From Paraspadella gotoi (lineage: Eukaryota; Animalia; Chaetognatha), in NCBI GenBank assembly GCA_051294375.1, contig CM119265.1:14269221-14333220 (forward strand): DNA of 64,000 bases, given 5' to 3'. The notes under the pieces are model-generated. The model did not search any database. It saw only the letters and a program-made list of their open reading frames with translations, and was not told the origin of the DNA. The position numbers and the translations under genes are program-made. Each line of letters begins with the position of its first letter. Position 1 is the first letter of the stretch. This document shows, piece by piece, positions 39,740-52,381 of the stretch.

Positions 39740-41604
39740 TTCTGTTATTAAATTCGCTAAGAAAAATATTTATAAAAAGTATAGCTCTTTTTAAAAAGTT
39801 ATCGATTGGTGAAAAAAAAAATAATTGGTTCAGGCATTAGAATACAGCAATATTTTAAAGTCCGAGTCTGAAAACGGAATTGAGAAAAAATTATTTTTGG
39901 ATGTTAGGTTAATATTATTTTTTTTTTATTGATGATAAAAGATTGTTTTTCTATATAGTTTCTTATTTTAATTTGATTGAGGTCAAAAATGGTTGACACC
40001 TATCCCTACAGATATTCTAAGCTGAATTTGTTTAGTCAATTTCATGTTATAAACATTTTATAATAGGGAAAAGTTATTGACTCTTGTTGACTAAAAAATA
40101 GAAACTAATTTTTTTTTTCCGCAAGAGTTTTTGTACCAATCGATTTTGACGTTCTATAACTTTCGAACGCTTTTCTCGATTTTATTGGGACTTGGACCAA
40201 TTGCTTCATCTTTTAATAATAGGGGTAGCCCCACTCAATGGAGTGAATCAAAAATTTAGAATGATTATATGCTCAAACGAAAATTTATACATTTTTAAGT
40301 ATACTTTCAATGGACAAAACATTTCTTATGTGGCTATAAACCCAAATAATTAATTTTTTAATATTTATTTATAAATAGGAAAGGCCAAAATTTATTTTTA
40401 ATAATTTTTAAATTTTAAGACCAGATTTAGATAGCTCATAAAAAGTTGTCTACACAAAGTATAATTCTTTTTTCAATATTTTCATGATAAGGGAGTCAAA
40501 AATAAAAAAAACTGTAAAAAATCATCATCATCATCTTTCGATGATTTTATAATTTTTTTTATATTTTCACATAGAAAACGTAAGAATTTTTAAAAGCTGT
40601 AATTATTTCTTATTTAACTTTTAATGCTCTATCAGAATCCATCCAAAAATTTTAAGATTTCAAAAAAAATTTTTATAATGTTATAAAGGACAAGTTTAAG
40701 GGGACCCAGTGATAAAAATGATATCATAAGCTTAAGGGTCTATCATCAAAAGGAATTTGAATGTAATAGTCATTAATCTTTTTTGGTGCACGGGAAGTGG
40801 CAAAAAAAATTTCCTATCTCTTATTGTAGCAGAACAAAAATTTAATAATTATGAAAAAAAAAATTAGTTGACCCTACCTTAAATATTATATAATCCATTA
40901 TTTTATTTTTGCATTAGAAAGTATTTTTTACTAAATTCCAATTTTTTATTTTACTGTACAAAGCTAATAATTAGTTTAAGCCTCATTGAAACAAAAGGCT
41001 TTACAAGACTAATATTTTTATATTTTTATATTTACTTAAAGCAGACAAATCAAACCTAAATTCTATTCTTACAGAAACAAACTGTAATAATTAATAATTA
41101 TATTCATATTCATCCCTTAAATGAGTATAATTATAACTATATTGATTTCCTAATTAATAACAATTTAAAATTTAGCAAACAGTACAGAATCTTTCTCTTC
41201 TTTTATATTTATCATTACTTCAAAGCAGTTTTTATTTTTATCCAATATAACCAGAATCACTTTGAAAAAAGAAAGTTTAAATAAAAATTCAGTCTTATTA
41301 CCTAATTTTGATTCGATCCTAGTTTTTATTTCTTAATAACATTTTTAGTTGATTAAAAGCTGAAAATCTTTTTTAAAATTAGATCTTACGCCTTTTTTTG
41401 GAAAAAAAATTTAAACTTTGAAAAAGATTTTCTTCTTACGATTTTTAAAGAAATTAAGCTCCGCTGATTTTATCGAATTTTTTAACTACTTTCTCAAATG
41501 ATTATAGAAGAAAAAAATTATATGATCAGAACCAGCTTAAGTTAAAGGGTCAAGACGTTATGTTTTCAGGCTTTTACCCCCCCTGTTCAACTTGGTCCCT
41601 TAAG

Positions 41605-42304
41605 AAGGCCTGGTTTTACAGGGCGCCACACCCACACACGGTGTCACCTCGGGCAACAGCGAGACAGCATGTTCATGTAGTCGCAGAGCTTTGGATCTGG
41701 AGTAGGCCCTTTGGCTACAGGCGGGTTAACCCGGTCATTTTCCACTTTCTACATGACAACCTCAGGGCTCGAACAGGGACGCACAATTGGGATGGTGCAT
41801 TAGTCCACTGAGGCGCTGCGAAAGAAACAGTTTTAATCCATCTGCGGTGATAAGACCACCAGACAGCTGCCCCCAGGACTCTCACATATGAGAGTACGAA
41901 GCAGGGGATGAAGTGCATGTCTCTCCACTGAACCTCTCTTCATTCTGGTGGTCTATGCGGAGTGGCAGCTGCGTAGCTCAAACCACATCAATGGCAGAGG
42001 AGTATTATCATGCCCAGTTTGCGTGTTCGGATCACGTCGGGCTCACCATTGAGGCTGGTTTTACAGGGCGCCACACCCACAGCGGTGTCACCTCGTGGCA
42101 ACAGCGAGACAGCATGTTCATGTAGTCCAGACCTTTGGATCTGGCAGTAGGCCCTTGCCTACAGGCGGGTTACCCGGTCCATTCTACTTTCTACATGACA
42201 ACCTCAGGGCTCGAACCAGGGACGCACATTGGGATGGTGCATTAGTCCACTGAGGCGCTGCGAAAGAAACAGCTTTAATCCATCTGTGGTGATAGGACCA
42301 CTAT
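41605..42304 (-). mobile_element. Family C twister retrozyme: LTRs ~42050-42304 and ~41605-41865, PBS 42031-42048, G-rich PPT ~41866-41874
   Basis: 445-nt repeat period; PBS TGGTGAGCCCGACGTGAT; TSD not clear. Noisy mirror copy at ~45290-46100 and a fragment at 15705-15850. Confidence 0.78.
42119..42197 (-). ncRNA. Twister ribozyme, type P5, family C (other copies at 41674-41755, 15705-15779 and ~45405-45487; each is imperfect)
   Basis: By-eye consensus: P5 CATGTAG/CTACATG; GTGG GA TGG [ACCGGG] T^AA CCC GC C; P3 GTAGG/CCTAC; G CCAGA TCCAAAGC TCTGG. T1 is CCA:TGG. Confidence 0.72.
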
Positions 42305-43716
42305 AAAGTAATATTTAATATTTAATCCATCTGTGGTGATAGGACCACCATAAAGTAATATTTAATATTTAATCAAGAGGAGTAATATAAATTTTTTTTT
42401 GAAAATGATTGTTTAAATATTTAGTCAAGACAAAAATACTTTGCTAATAGTCGAAATTTTATATTATCTCTGGAGTTGGTCCCTATCAATAAGCATTGTT
42501 TTAAGTTTCTATATCTTAGTAGAATTCAGCCATTCAATACGGTTTTTTCGATGTTAAAAAGTGTCTTTTTTTTTCGCCTCAGTGTAAAGCATCAGTAAAA
42601 GTCATGACGCTCTGGGTGAAGTACTGATACTTAGCTCACTTTTATGAAATAAACACTAATAAGTATTCAATAAGTAGCCATTGACAACACAAAAAAGCCC
42701 CAATTTAACCNNNNNNNNNNNNNNNNNNNNNNNNNTTTCAGATATAACGATTGAGAACTTACTAAACCTTATCATTAATATTATAAAAAATAAATATTAT
42801 TTTACGGTTAAATGCGACGGAGCCTTTTGTGTTGTCAATGGCTAAACTTAAAGTGAGCCTAGAAGTATCAGTACCTTAAAAACCTTCATGCCTATTATTA
42901 ATAAGTTTGAATTAGGTATAATATTTTGCGGCTGATTAAAACTTAGCAAAGCTATGGTTTCTGCAGAATTGCCGCGGGTAAAGCAAATGTTTTCTTAATT
43001 CATATAGGCAATTTCTGAATCAAAATATATCTGCTATTATTATTTTTTAACAGATAAATAAAACAATATTATTCTCATTTATTTGATTGTTACATTCGTT
43101 ATCAACATATATTTTCAATTTGTCTTATTACTTATATTTTAAGCCCAAAAATACTTTTCCCAGAAGGTTGTTGTATGAAATATGATTATCAATAGTACCT
43201 AGCCATGGCCATTTATTCTGTAATCTACTTGAGCTACTTACCAGAAACACAGAACCAATAAAATTATTTAACGGAAGATTATTCATTGATATTAATCTAA
43301 TTAATTCCATTAATTAACAGATAGTTAAAGAAATTAGTATTAACAATGAGGATGGCATACATTAAAAGAGATTTGCACATAGTACGTATTCAGTTGTATC
43401 ATCTGATATGATTGACAAGATTAAAACTCGCATCAAAGATGACTGTAACAATTGTAACAAGTCGCCCAAAATATTTTGTTATCTTATTTAGAATGGCAAA
43501 GTTATTAGCAATTCTTTGCCAGAATATGATAAGGAGTTACTCAAATACCTCCCCAAGTCTGATTATATTAAAAAATTCGAGCCAAATAATATATCATCTA
43601 CTATCATTTTAATATATTCTTATTGGTTGTTCTTTCTATTTGTCCTTATGTTTTTAAGATTTTGGAGAGAGAAAAACAATTTCTTTAACAACAACGACTT
43701 TATTCACGATATAATA

Positions 43717-43761
43717 AACAACATGTTTCGGACTTTTAATTTTAAATCTTTCATCAGGGTG
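43717..43761 (-). ncRNA. Degenerate hammerhead (PLE type)
   Basis: Minus strand CTGATGA...GAAACATGTT; stem I pairs poorly. Confidence 0.4.
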
Positions 43762-46700
43762 CGGCCTTATTTAATCTTTGATAATACATAATTTTTTGTT
43801 CTCCACAAGTAATAACAGCACCACTGAGAAGGCATGGACGGCGAAAGAGAGAGCAGAGGAGAGAGAAATACAATGCTTTCTTCTATAACAAAGAAATAAG
43901 AAAATAGACAGTGGTGCAGTTTTGGGATAGCGGTAGTTTGAGCAGACGAGAGGAGAAGGTTAGGTGAGGAAAAAAAAATTAAATTTGGGCAGAAGAAAGA
44001 GAGAGAGAGCAATGCAAGAGAGTCAAATATAGCATCCAATACATTATACATTCTATACATTATTCATCTTCTTTCTCTCTTTGTCACAATTTCAAATTTC
44101 TTTTTCCTCACCACCATTCTTTCTCCTCTGCTCAAACTATACCCATATCCTCACAAACTCGGACAACTGTCATTTTTTTTTTTAAATTCTGTGAAAACAT
44201 ATTATTCTCTCTCTCTCTCTCTTCCCTCCATCCCTTTCACTGTTTATTGCTGAAACAAAAAAATTGATTGTACTATAAAACTTAAAAATAGCACTGATAA
44301 AGACTTTGCCAATTAAATCGCAAACATTTATGTTTAATCTAATAAAAAAAACGTTGTTGTTAAATGTTTTTTTCTCTAAAATCGCAAAATAGTTGTCTTA
44401 CTATTATTTTCATCATTAACAAAGATTTAATGTAAATAAAAAATGACATCTGTTTGAACATCTTGAAAAATGTTATCTCTATTAAAAACAACATATAATG
44501 GACCCAACCCCTGCTCACCAAAGCTGAGTTAAATTGATAAATATTTTTAGCTAATTAATTTTATTTTTACAAAAATCTATTTGTCTTTCATTACAAGTAT
44601 TCGAAAAATATTTGGGCCTAAAACTTATTGCATCTTCAACTGTTGAGCAAATAAAGATCTTTAATATGTTATATTTGCATAAAGATTTTGTTTTAAAATT
44701 AATACCCGAAAAAAAACTTATCCTATTGTTTTTTTTACTTTTAAATTATACATTTTGATAATATTTGGCTTTTAAATTATTGAAGAAATATTTCCCTTTT
44801 TAAATCTTAGCCAATTAGATCATAAGTTTGTCAGTTATATCTCTAGTTTAAAGCTCTGTTTCCCTTAATTAAAAATTCCCGTACTCTTACTTATTCAGTT
44901 AACTACTAGGGTAAACCAAAAAATTGTCTCCATTACTATTTAGAAAAAAATTTTGCTCTAAGATTCACCGGCTATTATGATGCTTTTACACTGAGGCGAA
45001 AAAAAAGACAACTTCTTAACATCGAAAAAACCGTATTGGCATAGACGCTGAATATCTACTAAGAATATAGAAACTTAATAACAATGCTATATTGATAGGA
45101 CCAACTCCCGTAAAATTGTACATTAGCAAAGCTATTATTTATAATATTTCGACTATTAGAAAAAAAAAAAAAAAAATATATTTCTTAATAAATATCTAAT
45201 CAATCATCTTTCAAAAACAAATTTATATTACCTCCTCTTGATCTATTAATATTCTATGCCATCACCAGATGGACTAAAAATTAATTACTCTCTCTATGGT
45301 GCGTCCCTATCACCACAGATGGCATTAAACGCTGATTTCTTTCGCAGCCGCCTCAGTGGACTAATGCACCATCCCAATGTCGCTCCGCTGGTTCGACCCT
45401 GAGGTTGTCAATGCAGAAAGTAGAATGCGCCGAGCAGTAACCCGCCCTGTTAGGCCAAGGGCCTACTGCCGATCAAAAGCTCTGGACAATAGAGAACATG
45501 CTGTTCGCGTTGGCCAGAGGTGAAAGCCTGTGTTGCGTGCATGTCGCTTGGCCTCCGCTCCGTCCTAGCTAAAACCTGAGTCCTCAATATCGCCGAGTTC
45601 GGAGGCGTGGGATGGCCGGACAGTTGCCGATCCGAACACGCAAAACTGGGTAGAGGGGGGGTCAGGGGCGAAAGGAGATGCATAATACTCCTTCTGCCAT
45701 TGTATGTGGTTGAGCTTTACGCCAGCTGCCACCTTCCCGCATAGAGGACCAAGCCAGCCAATAGAAGGATGAGCGTTGCAGGTGTTTTCCGTACGAGTTG
45801 ACATCGCACAGGCGTGTCATCCCCGTCTTTGGAATACATGTGTAGCTTCGCGCTCTCGTCATGTGAGAGATTCTCGGAGGGAGGACTCCCGCGCTCTGGC
45901 GCGCTCTCTAATTCACCGCCAGATGCGCATTAAAACGGTTTTTCATTTCGCCCAGTATACGCGACGCCTTCGCATCTCCTAGGCCGTAAAGTGACACCAA
46001 AGGGCCATTCCCAAAATCTGCGCCTATGACGTCGCCCTGCTCTCCGGTTCCGACCTTGAAGGTTGTCTAATTGCTAGACAAACATTGGGAATGCGAAACA
46101 AAAAAAACCTCGTGGAGGAAATCACCAAAGCCTGTCCAAGTTCTACCCGCCTGTAAAGAAAGGAAGTGGCAAGATAGCTTACTTACTAAATGAATAGATA
46201 ATTTTTATATAGGTCCTGTACCAATGTCATTATAAAAACTAAAGCATCAGCGTTGTTCGTAAATCGCCAGTAGTTCCCGCAATACGTCGTGCGCCTCACT
46301 AGCTAATCGGATGAAGGAAGACTCCGCCTTCACGCGAAAATCTCTTCATCGATCTCTCGACGCGCCCGCCCCAGTCAAAGTCGTGACGTCGACGACGCAC
46401 CCCTGGCGGAGGAAGGAAAAGACGATCGTGGAACGCACAGTACCACCCAAACATCGACACTCCACTTGGAGGATGGGGAACGGTCTGGTGGCTGACTTTA
46501 TATCTTTGCTTTGTGACCATCTGACATTTTTTTCCCCTTTCCCATTAATCAATTAAGCTTACGATTCTTTTCTCGATCCACCTGTAATACTCCTGGACAC
46601 AGCGGTCCGGACACTCCACTTAAAGATTATGCAACCTGTCCAAGTCCGGAACGGCCAACGCTCCGTCGTGACGATTCCACTTAGTGAGGCCACGTCACCC

Positions 46701-46932
46701 TGAGCGTTCCGCCGCAGAGATGCTCCGATCCGTAGATCCAATTGTATAAGCTCAACGCTGACCTGTTGGATCCAAATTTAAAATATAAAAGTCAATTTCT
46801 ATTTTTTTTTCACTTCCATTGAAACACTGGCGCATTTCTAGAACCCCCTCCTCGACCTAGCGGAGAGGGAGAAGACGTCGAGACAGAACTACCCTCAAAC
46901 CCGGGGGGGCGGCGGCTCCAGAAAGTTAATAA

Positions 46933-47166
46933 TATGGTGGACTAAAATCCACCAACCGTTCATCAGCGGCCATTGGTGCCGGAGGCAAGTCATTCGCCTC
47001 TCAACCCAAAGGTCTGGGGTTCTAACCCGGTGGTCGTCTGGCAGTTAAGAGGGACGGGGCGCTTAACCCGCCTGTAACATGGTGTTACAGCCTGATCCGA
47101 AGCTCAGGGACTGCTTATATTGAACGGTTCTGTCACTAACACATAACAATAATTACTGTCTCTTCA
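46933..47166 (+). mobile_element. Family A solo LTR with an intact twister
   Basis: Same ends as the 31.4-kb LTRs (TATGG...TTCA); TSD ATAA at 46929-46932 and 47167-47170. Could be an assembly collapse of the mirrored full copy at ~49545-50166. Confidence 0.75.
47041..47114 (+). ncRNA. Twister ribozyme, type P5, family A (most intact copy)
   Basis: P5 GCAGTT/GACTGC; GAGG GA CGG [GGCGCT] T^AA CCC GC C; P3 TGTAAC/GTTACA; G; P4 CCTGA/TCAGG with loop TCCGAAGC. T1 is CCG:CGG and T2 is GC:GC. Confidence 0.85.
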
Positions 47167-49544
47167 ATAATAAAGTTTTTTATGCCTTGTGAAACGTCTT
47201 GAAGTTTAATGTTAATGTTTAATGTTAAACTAACAATAAATAAAAATAACAGAACACAAGTGATCGCAGAAGAAACACGGAGTAATTATGTAAAAGCACA
47301 GAAGCTGTCCAAACGTCTATTTAGTGTGAAGAGTCTGATCCAAATGTCGAATTCCGAATGATCACAAGAAATGGACAGTGAGCCGAAAGTCAATATCTCT
47401 CTTAAACGGGAGACAAAAAGAGCATCTGGGTTACGGTCGTCTTGACTTTACATATTCAAATCTCCTATCGCATATTTAACTTAAAATCCTGCCGAATTAT
47501 CATGACTCGACAGTTTTTAGTTCTCGCCTCGCATGAACTCGAGGAGGTTTATAACCGAAAAATAATGATGTTTTCGATCTACTTTTTTTAGAGAATAAAA
47601 AGGTACAATTATTTTAATAAAATAAAAATAACAATTCATTCGTGACAATGCTGCTTTTTGGAAGTGGTTTATGCCCACTCAATGGGGTCAGGTATACAAG
47701 AAATTTTTAAATGATTACATACTCAATATAGGCTGTATGTAAAAATTCTAAGTTTATAGCTTTAATTAAAATTCCTAAAAGTGGAGGAACGAAACGAACA
47801 TTAATTAATGAACATTTATAATATATATTTTTTATAATTGTATGCAGATGGGCGATTATTTATACTAGGTAACTTGGAAAACAATAAATGTTTAAAATTT
47901 TAAAACAGTTTTTCTAATGATTTTGTTGTAGATTTGATTGGTCAATATAGAAGTTAATAAAAGAAAAGTTAACTTTTTTTTGAAAAATGCCTTCATTAGA
48001 GTGGCGTGCAAAATTAAGAAAATGCTATAATTTTTAAGCTGAAATGTAACTTTTTATTATATTAGCATAGCTATTTTTTTTTAGAATTTTGTTGAAGTTG
48101 ACNNNNNNNNNNNNNNNNNNNNNNNNNNNNNNNNNNNNNNNNNNNNNNNNNNNNNNNNNNNNNNNNNNNNNNNNNNNNNNGAGAATAAAAAGGTACAATT
48201 ATTTTAATAAAATAAAAATATCAATTCAATCGTGACAATGCTCTTTTTGGTAGGGTTAGCCCCACTCAATGGGTTCAGTCAAAAATTTTTAATGATTACA
48301 TACTCAATAAGGCTNNNNNNNNNNNNNNNNNNNNNNNNNCAGTACTGGATTAATGATGGCCGTACTGCATAAAATATAAAATTAATATTATAAATGTCTT
48401 ATATAATGTTGTTCGTTCCTCACTTTTAGAATTTTAATTTAAAGTACTAGAATTAAAGCCTTATTTGAGTAGCTTGTAATCATTAAATATTGACTGGACC
48501 CCATTTGAGTGGGCTAACTACAATATAAGAGCATCACGATTGAATGTTATTTTATTTTATTTAAAATAATTGGTACCTTCTATTTATCTAAAAAAAGTAC
48601 GATTCGAAAACATCATTATTTTTCGGTTATAACTCCTCGAGTTCATGCGAGGCGATGAAACTGAAACTGTCGAGTCAGCATAATTTCGGCAGGATTATAA
48701 GTTAAATATGCGAGTAGGAGTTGATATGATATGTAGAAGTCCGACGACCGTAACCCAGATGCTCTTTTGTTCTCCCGTTTAGATGAGATATTGGACTTCG
48801 TCAGCTGTCCATTTCTTGTGATCATTCGGAATCTCGACTTTGGATCAGACTCTTCAGACTAAAATAGAACGTTGTACAGTTTCTTGTGCTTTCACAATAA
48901 TACCCGTGTTTCTCCTGCGACACTTGGGTGTTCTATTTTTATGGTAGTGTTGATACATTAAACTTCGAAGATGACAAGTGATGAGACAGAATTGTGGTTA
49001 GTGACCAAACCGTTTCAAATACAAGTGTGTTAGATCGCAAAGACTCACAAATCATGGAGGTTGATCGTGGTTTATAACTTATTATTGCTTGAATGATCGA
49101 GAACTCTTATCGGCTGACCTCTTCGGGTCTGCGGGGAAACCCTCAAGACCCAAGAATTGGCGGGCGGAGGTGATGCGACGAGATTTATTAAACAGTTTAT
49201 CTCTTAATCTTTGGTTTCTGAATGAATTCGTTAACAGGGTACCTTATAAAAATAATCAAAGCATATAGATATTTCTAACAGTACACAATATATATCAAAA
49301 GAAAATCATTTATTTAAACTTAAAAGAATTACATGATTATATAAAGAAAAACGTAATGATTCAGAATGCATCTGAATAATACTGAAAAGAATGCTGAATT
49401 TCGACAAAATGAGGCTGATCACGACGATGACGAATGTAGAGGGAAAAGATTATAAATTAAACGGTAATCCTTGTGACGACTCCGTAATAAAAGGTTTCAA
49501 CACATGTCATGATGTGTGAGTTCTTTGGATTCCTAACCTAATTT

Positions 49545-50166
49545 CAGTCCCTTGAGCTTCGGATCAGGCATGTAAGCACCTGTTTACAGGCGGGGTAAGC
49601 GCCCCGTCGCCTCTTAACTGCGCAGTACGACCCTCGTTCGGACCTTTGGGTTTTTAGGGCGGAATGACTGCCCTCCGGCACCAATGGCCGCTGATGAACG
49701 CGTTGGTGGATTTTCGGTCCATATGTACATCCACCCCTCCCGTAGGGAGAAGTCTTGTTGCGTCTCTTCAGTGTTTGTTGTTGTTGTTTGGAAAGTTCGT
49801 TCCACCAAGTTGAGCATGTCCGCCTGAGTGTGTTTGTGCGGCAGAAAGTGCATCGCCAGGGTGAGGCATGTCGGCCTTGAGTGTTGTTGTTTGCTGTTGC
49901 TGTTCGGAAGTTGGGCTCGACATATGAGAGACAAGTAAATTAGTTGATATGTGTTAGTGGACAGAACCGTTCATATAAGCTAGGGTGTTCCTGTAGCTTT
50001 CAGATCAGGCTGTATACCATGTTACAGGCGGGGTGAAGCGCGCCCGTCCTCTTTAACTGCCAGACGACCACCGGCTTAGAACCCAGACCTTTGGGTTGAG
50101 AGGGAATGATCTGCTCCTGGCACTCAATGCCCGCTGATGAACGGTTGGTATTTTAGTGCCACCATT
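49545..50166 (-). mobile_element. Family A element in noisy mirror-duplicated sequence
   Basis: Two LTR copies plus the internal region matching 31357-31948, with many small indels. Confidence 0.6.
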
Positions 50167-51405
50167 ATTATTAACTTTTCTGGAGGCGCCGCCCCCCCGG
50201 GTTGAGGGTAGCATTCTTGGTCTCGCGTCTTCTCCCGTCTCCGCTAGTCGAGAGAGGGTTCCGTCCAGAAGCTATAACGATGAACTACTAAATTGATAAT
50301 ATAATAAAAACAATAAATATTTATTTAGTTACAATGGGGCTTTTGTGTTTTCAATGGCTACTATTGAATTACTTATTCTAGTGTTTATTTCATTAAAATG
50401 ATGCCTAAGTATCATACTTCACCATCTCTCTCTTTTAATTTTAAAACAGTTTTTTCTAAGATTTTTTTGTAGATTTAGATTTGTCATAAAAAGTTAATAA
50501 AAAGAAATTAACTTTTTTTGAAAAATTCCTTTATTAAGTGGGTCAAAAATTAGAAAAGGCTATATTTTAAGCTGAAAATTAACTTTTTATATATTAAATA
50601 TATTTTTTTAAATTTTTAACCCACTTAATGAAAGAATTTTTAAAAATTATTTATATTTTCTTCTATTAACTTTTGACGAGGAATTCAAATCTGCAATCAA
50701 AATTAAGAAAAGCCTATTTTGAAATTTTTCGATTTTATAAGGATAGTACTATATATAAATATAGCCTACTGCAAAAATTAAAAAACATAAAATTAATTTT
50801 TTTTACAAATTAATGTTCACTGATGGTATGTTGTTCATAATTAACTTTCACTACGTTCTAATGCTCAAACAAAAATTTCTACATTTTGAAGTATACTTTC
50901 AATGGACAAAACAATTCTTATGTGGTTCTATACCCAAATAAACCAGATTCAGATAGCTCATAAAAAGTTGTCTACACAAAGTATAATTCTTTTTTTAAAT
51001 ATTTTCATGATAAGTGAGTCAATAATGATTGCTTAAATAGTCAAGACAACTAAAAATACTTTGCTAATAGTCAAAATTTTATATTATCTCAGGAGTTGGT
51101 CCCTATTTTTGGTCGGATCTGCTTATCGCAGATTAGACTATAATTAGGGGTAGCCGCACTTAATGGGGCGAGTCAAAAATTTAGAGTTAGTACATACTCA
51201 AACAAAAATTTATACATTTTTAAGTATACTTTAAATGGACAAAAAATTTCTTATACCCTCTATACCCTAGTAATTAATTTTTTAATATTTATTTATAGAA
51301 AGGAAAGGGCAAAAATTTTTTTAAAAAATTTTAAATTTTAAGACCAGATTTCAGATAGCTCATAAAAAGTTGTTTACACAAAGTATAATTCTTTTTAAAA
51401 TAGTA

Positions 51406-52090
51406 ATTAAATAAGGCGCTACGTGGGCTGAAGATGACTGTCCGTAACTTCTATAACCCTCTAGCAGCCATGGAACGGCGTCCCTGGGTTTGGAACCAGG
51501 CTTGAGGGTTTGCCGATGCCCCCAGGCGGCTTACGGCCGTCCTCACGCTTCCCGCAGGTAGGTTACGGGTTGGGATTGAAACCGGTACCTAGTGGTCATG
51601 AGCTGATGGCTTTACTCAATGAGCACCGGGTCACAACTGAAAGTTCATGAATTCTAGGCAGGGTGACCTAGGCAATGCCCGATTACATGCCCCCCAGATT
51701 GTAACCACCCTGCACTGCTTCCAGTGGAAGGAGGGGAGCAATCTTCACCTAGACCAAGGCCTGGAATCAGAAGGTTGGAATACGCTCGACAGGATGGGCT
51801 CACCAGTGTGGATAGGGCGCTACATGGGCTGAAGATGGCTGTCCGTACTTCTATAACCCCTCTAGCAGCCATGGAACGGGTCCCTGGGCTTGGAACCAGG
51901 CTTGAGGGTTTGCCCATGCCCCCAAGGCGGCTTACGGCCGTCCTCACGCTTCCGCAGGGTAGGTACCGGGTTGGGATTGAACCGCGGTACCTAGTGGTCA
52001 TGAGCTGATGGCTTTACTCAATGAGCCACCGGGTCACAACTGAAAGTGTCATGATTCTAGGCGTGGTGAACCTAGGCAGTGCCGACTACA
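51406..52090 (-). mobile_element. Family D twister retrozyme: LTRs 51807-52090 and ~51406-51687, PBS 51796-51805, PPT 51688-51695
   Basis: 400-nt period; LTR ends TGT...ACA; PBS TGGTGAGCCC; PPT GGGGGGCA; possible TSD AGTA (left end degenerate). Confidence 0.8.
51876..51955 (-). ncRNA. Twister ribozyme, type P5, family D (second copy at 51475-51555)
   Basis: Minus strand: GCGT GA GGA [CGGCCG] T^AA GCC GC C; P3 TTGGGGG/CCCTCAA; G CCTGG TTCCAAGC CCAGG. T1 is TCC:GGA. Confidence 0.82.
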
Positions 52091-52217
52091 AGTAGGTCAA
52101 AATAAGAAAAACCATAAAAAATCATAATCATCTTTCGATGATTTTATCGTTTTTTTTTTTAATTTTTATTTACAAGGAAATTTGAATTGTTACAACGATT
52201 TTATTATTAAATAAGTT

Positions 52218-52261
52218 GCAGACATGTTTCGACTCAGAGATTTTCGAGTCTTCATCAGCGC
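52218..52261 (-). ncRNA. Minimal hammerhead ribozyme in the inverted pLTR copy at the PLE 5' end
   Basis: Exact reverse complement of 55194-55237, within the inverted repeat ~52170-52410 / ~55050-55285. Confidence 0.85.
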
Positions 52262-52307
52262 TTTTGACAGTTGTGATAATGGGACAATTTTTTGTGGAGT
52301 TAAAGAA

Positions 52308-52356
<49 letters not shown>

Positions 52357-52381
52357 AGAGGTTAAAGTTTCCAACAAAGAA

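Noticed and set aside
42019-42048. A tRNA-Trp gene
   Set aside because: Only the 3' part is present, with an encoded CCA, so it is a PBS or reverse-transcribed fragment.
46250-46760. GC-rich island with short ORFs
   Set aside because: No recognisable domain or consistent splice pattern; cannot be supported as a gene.
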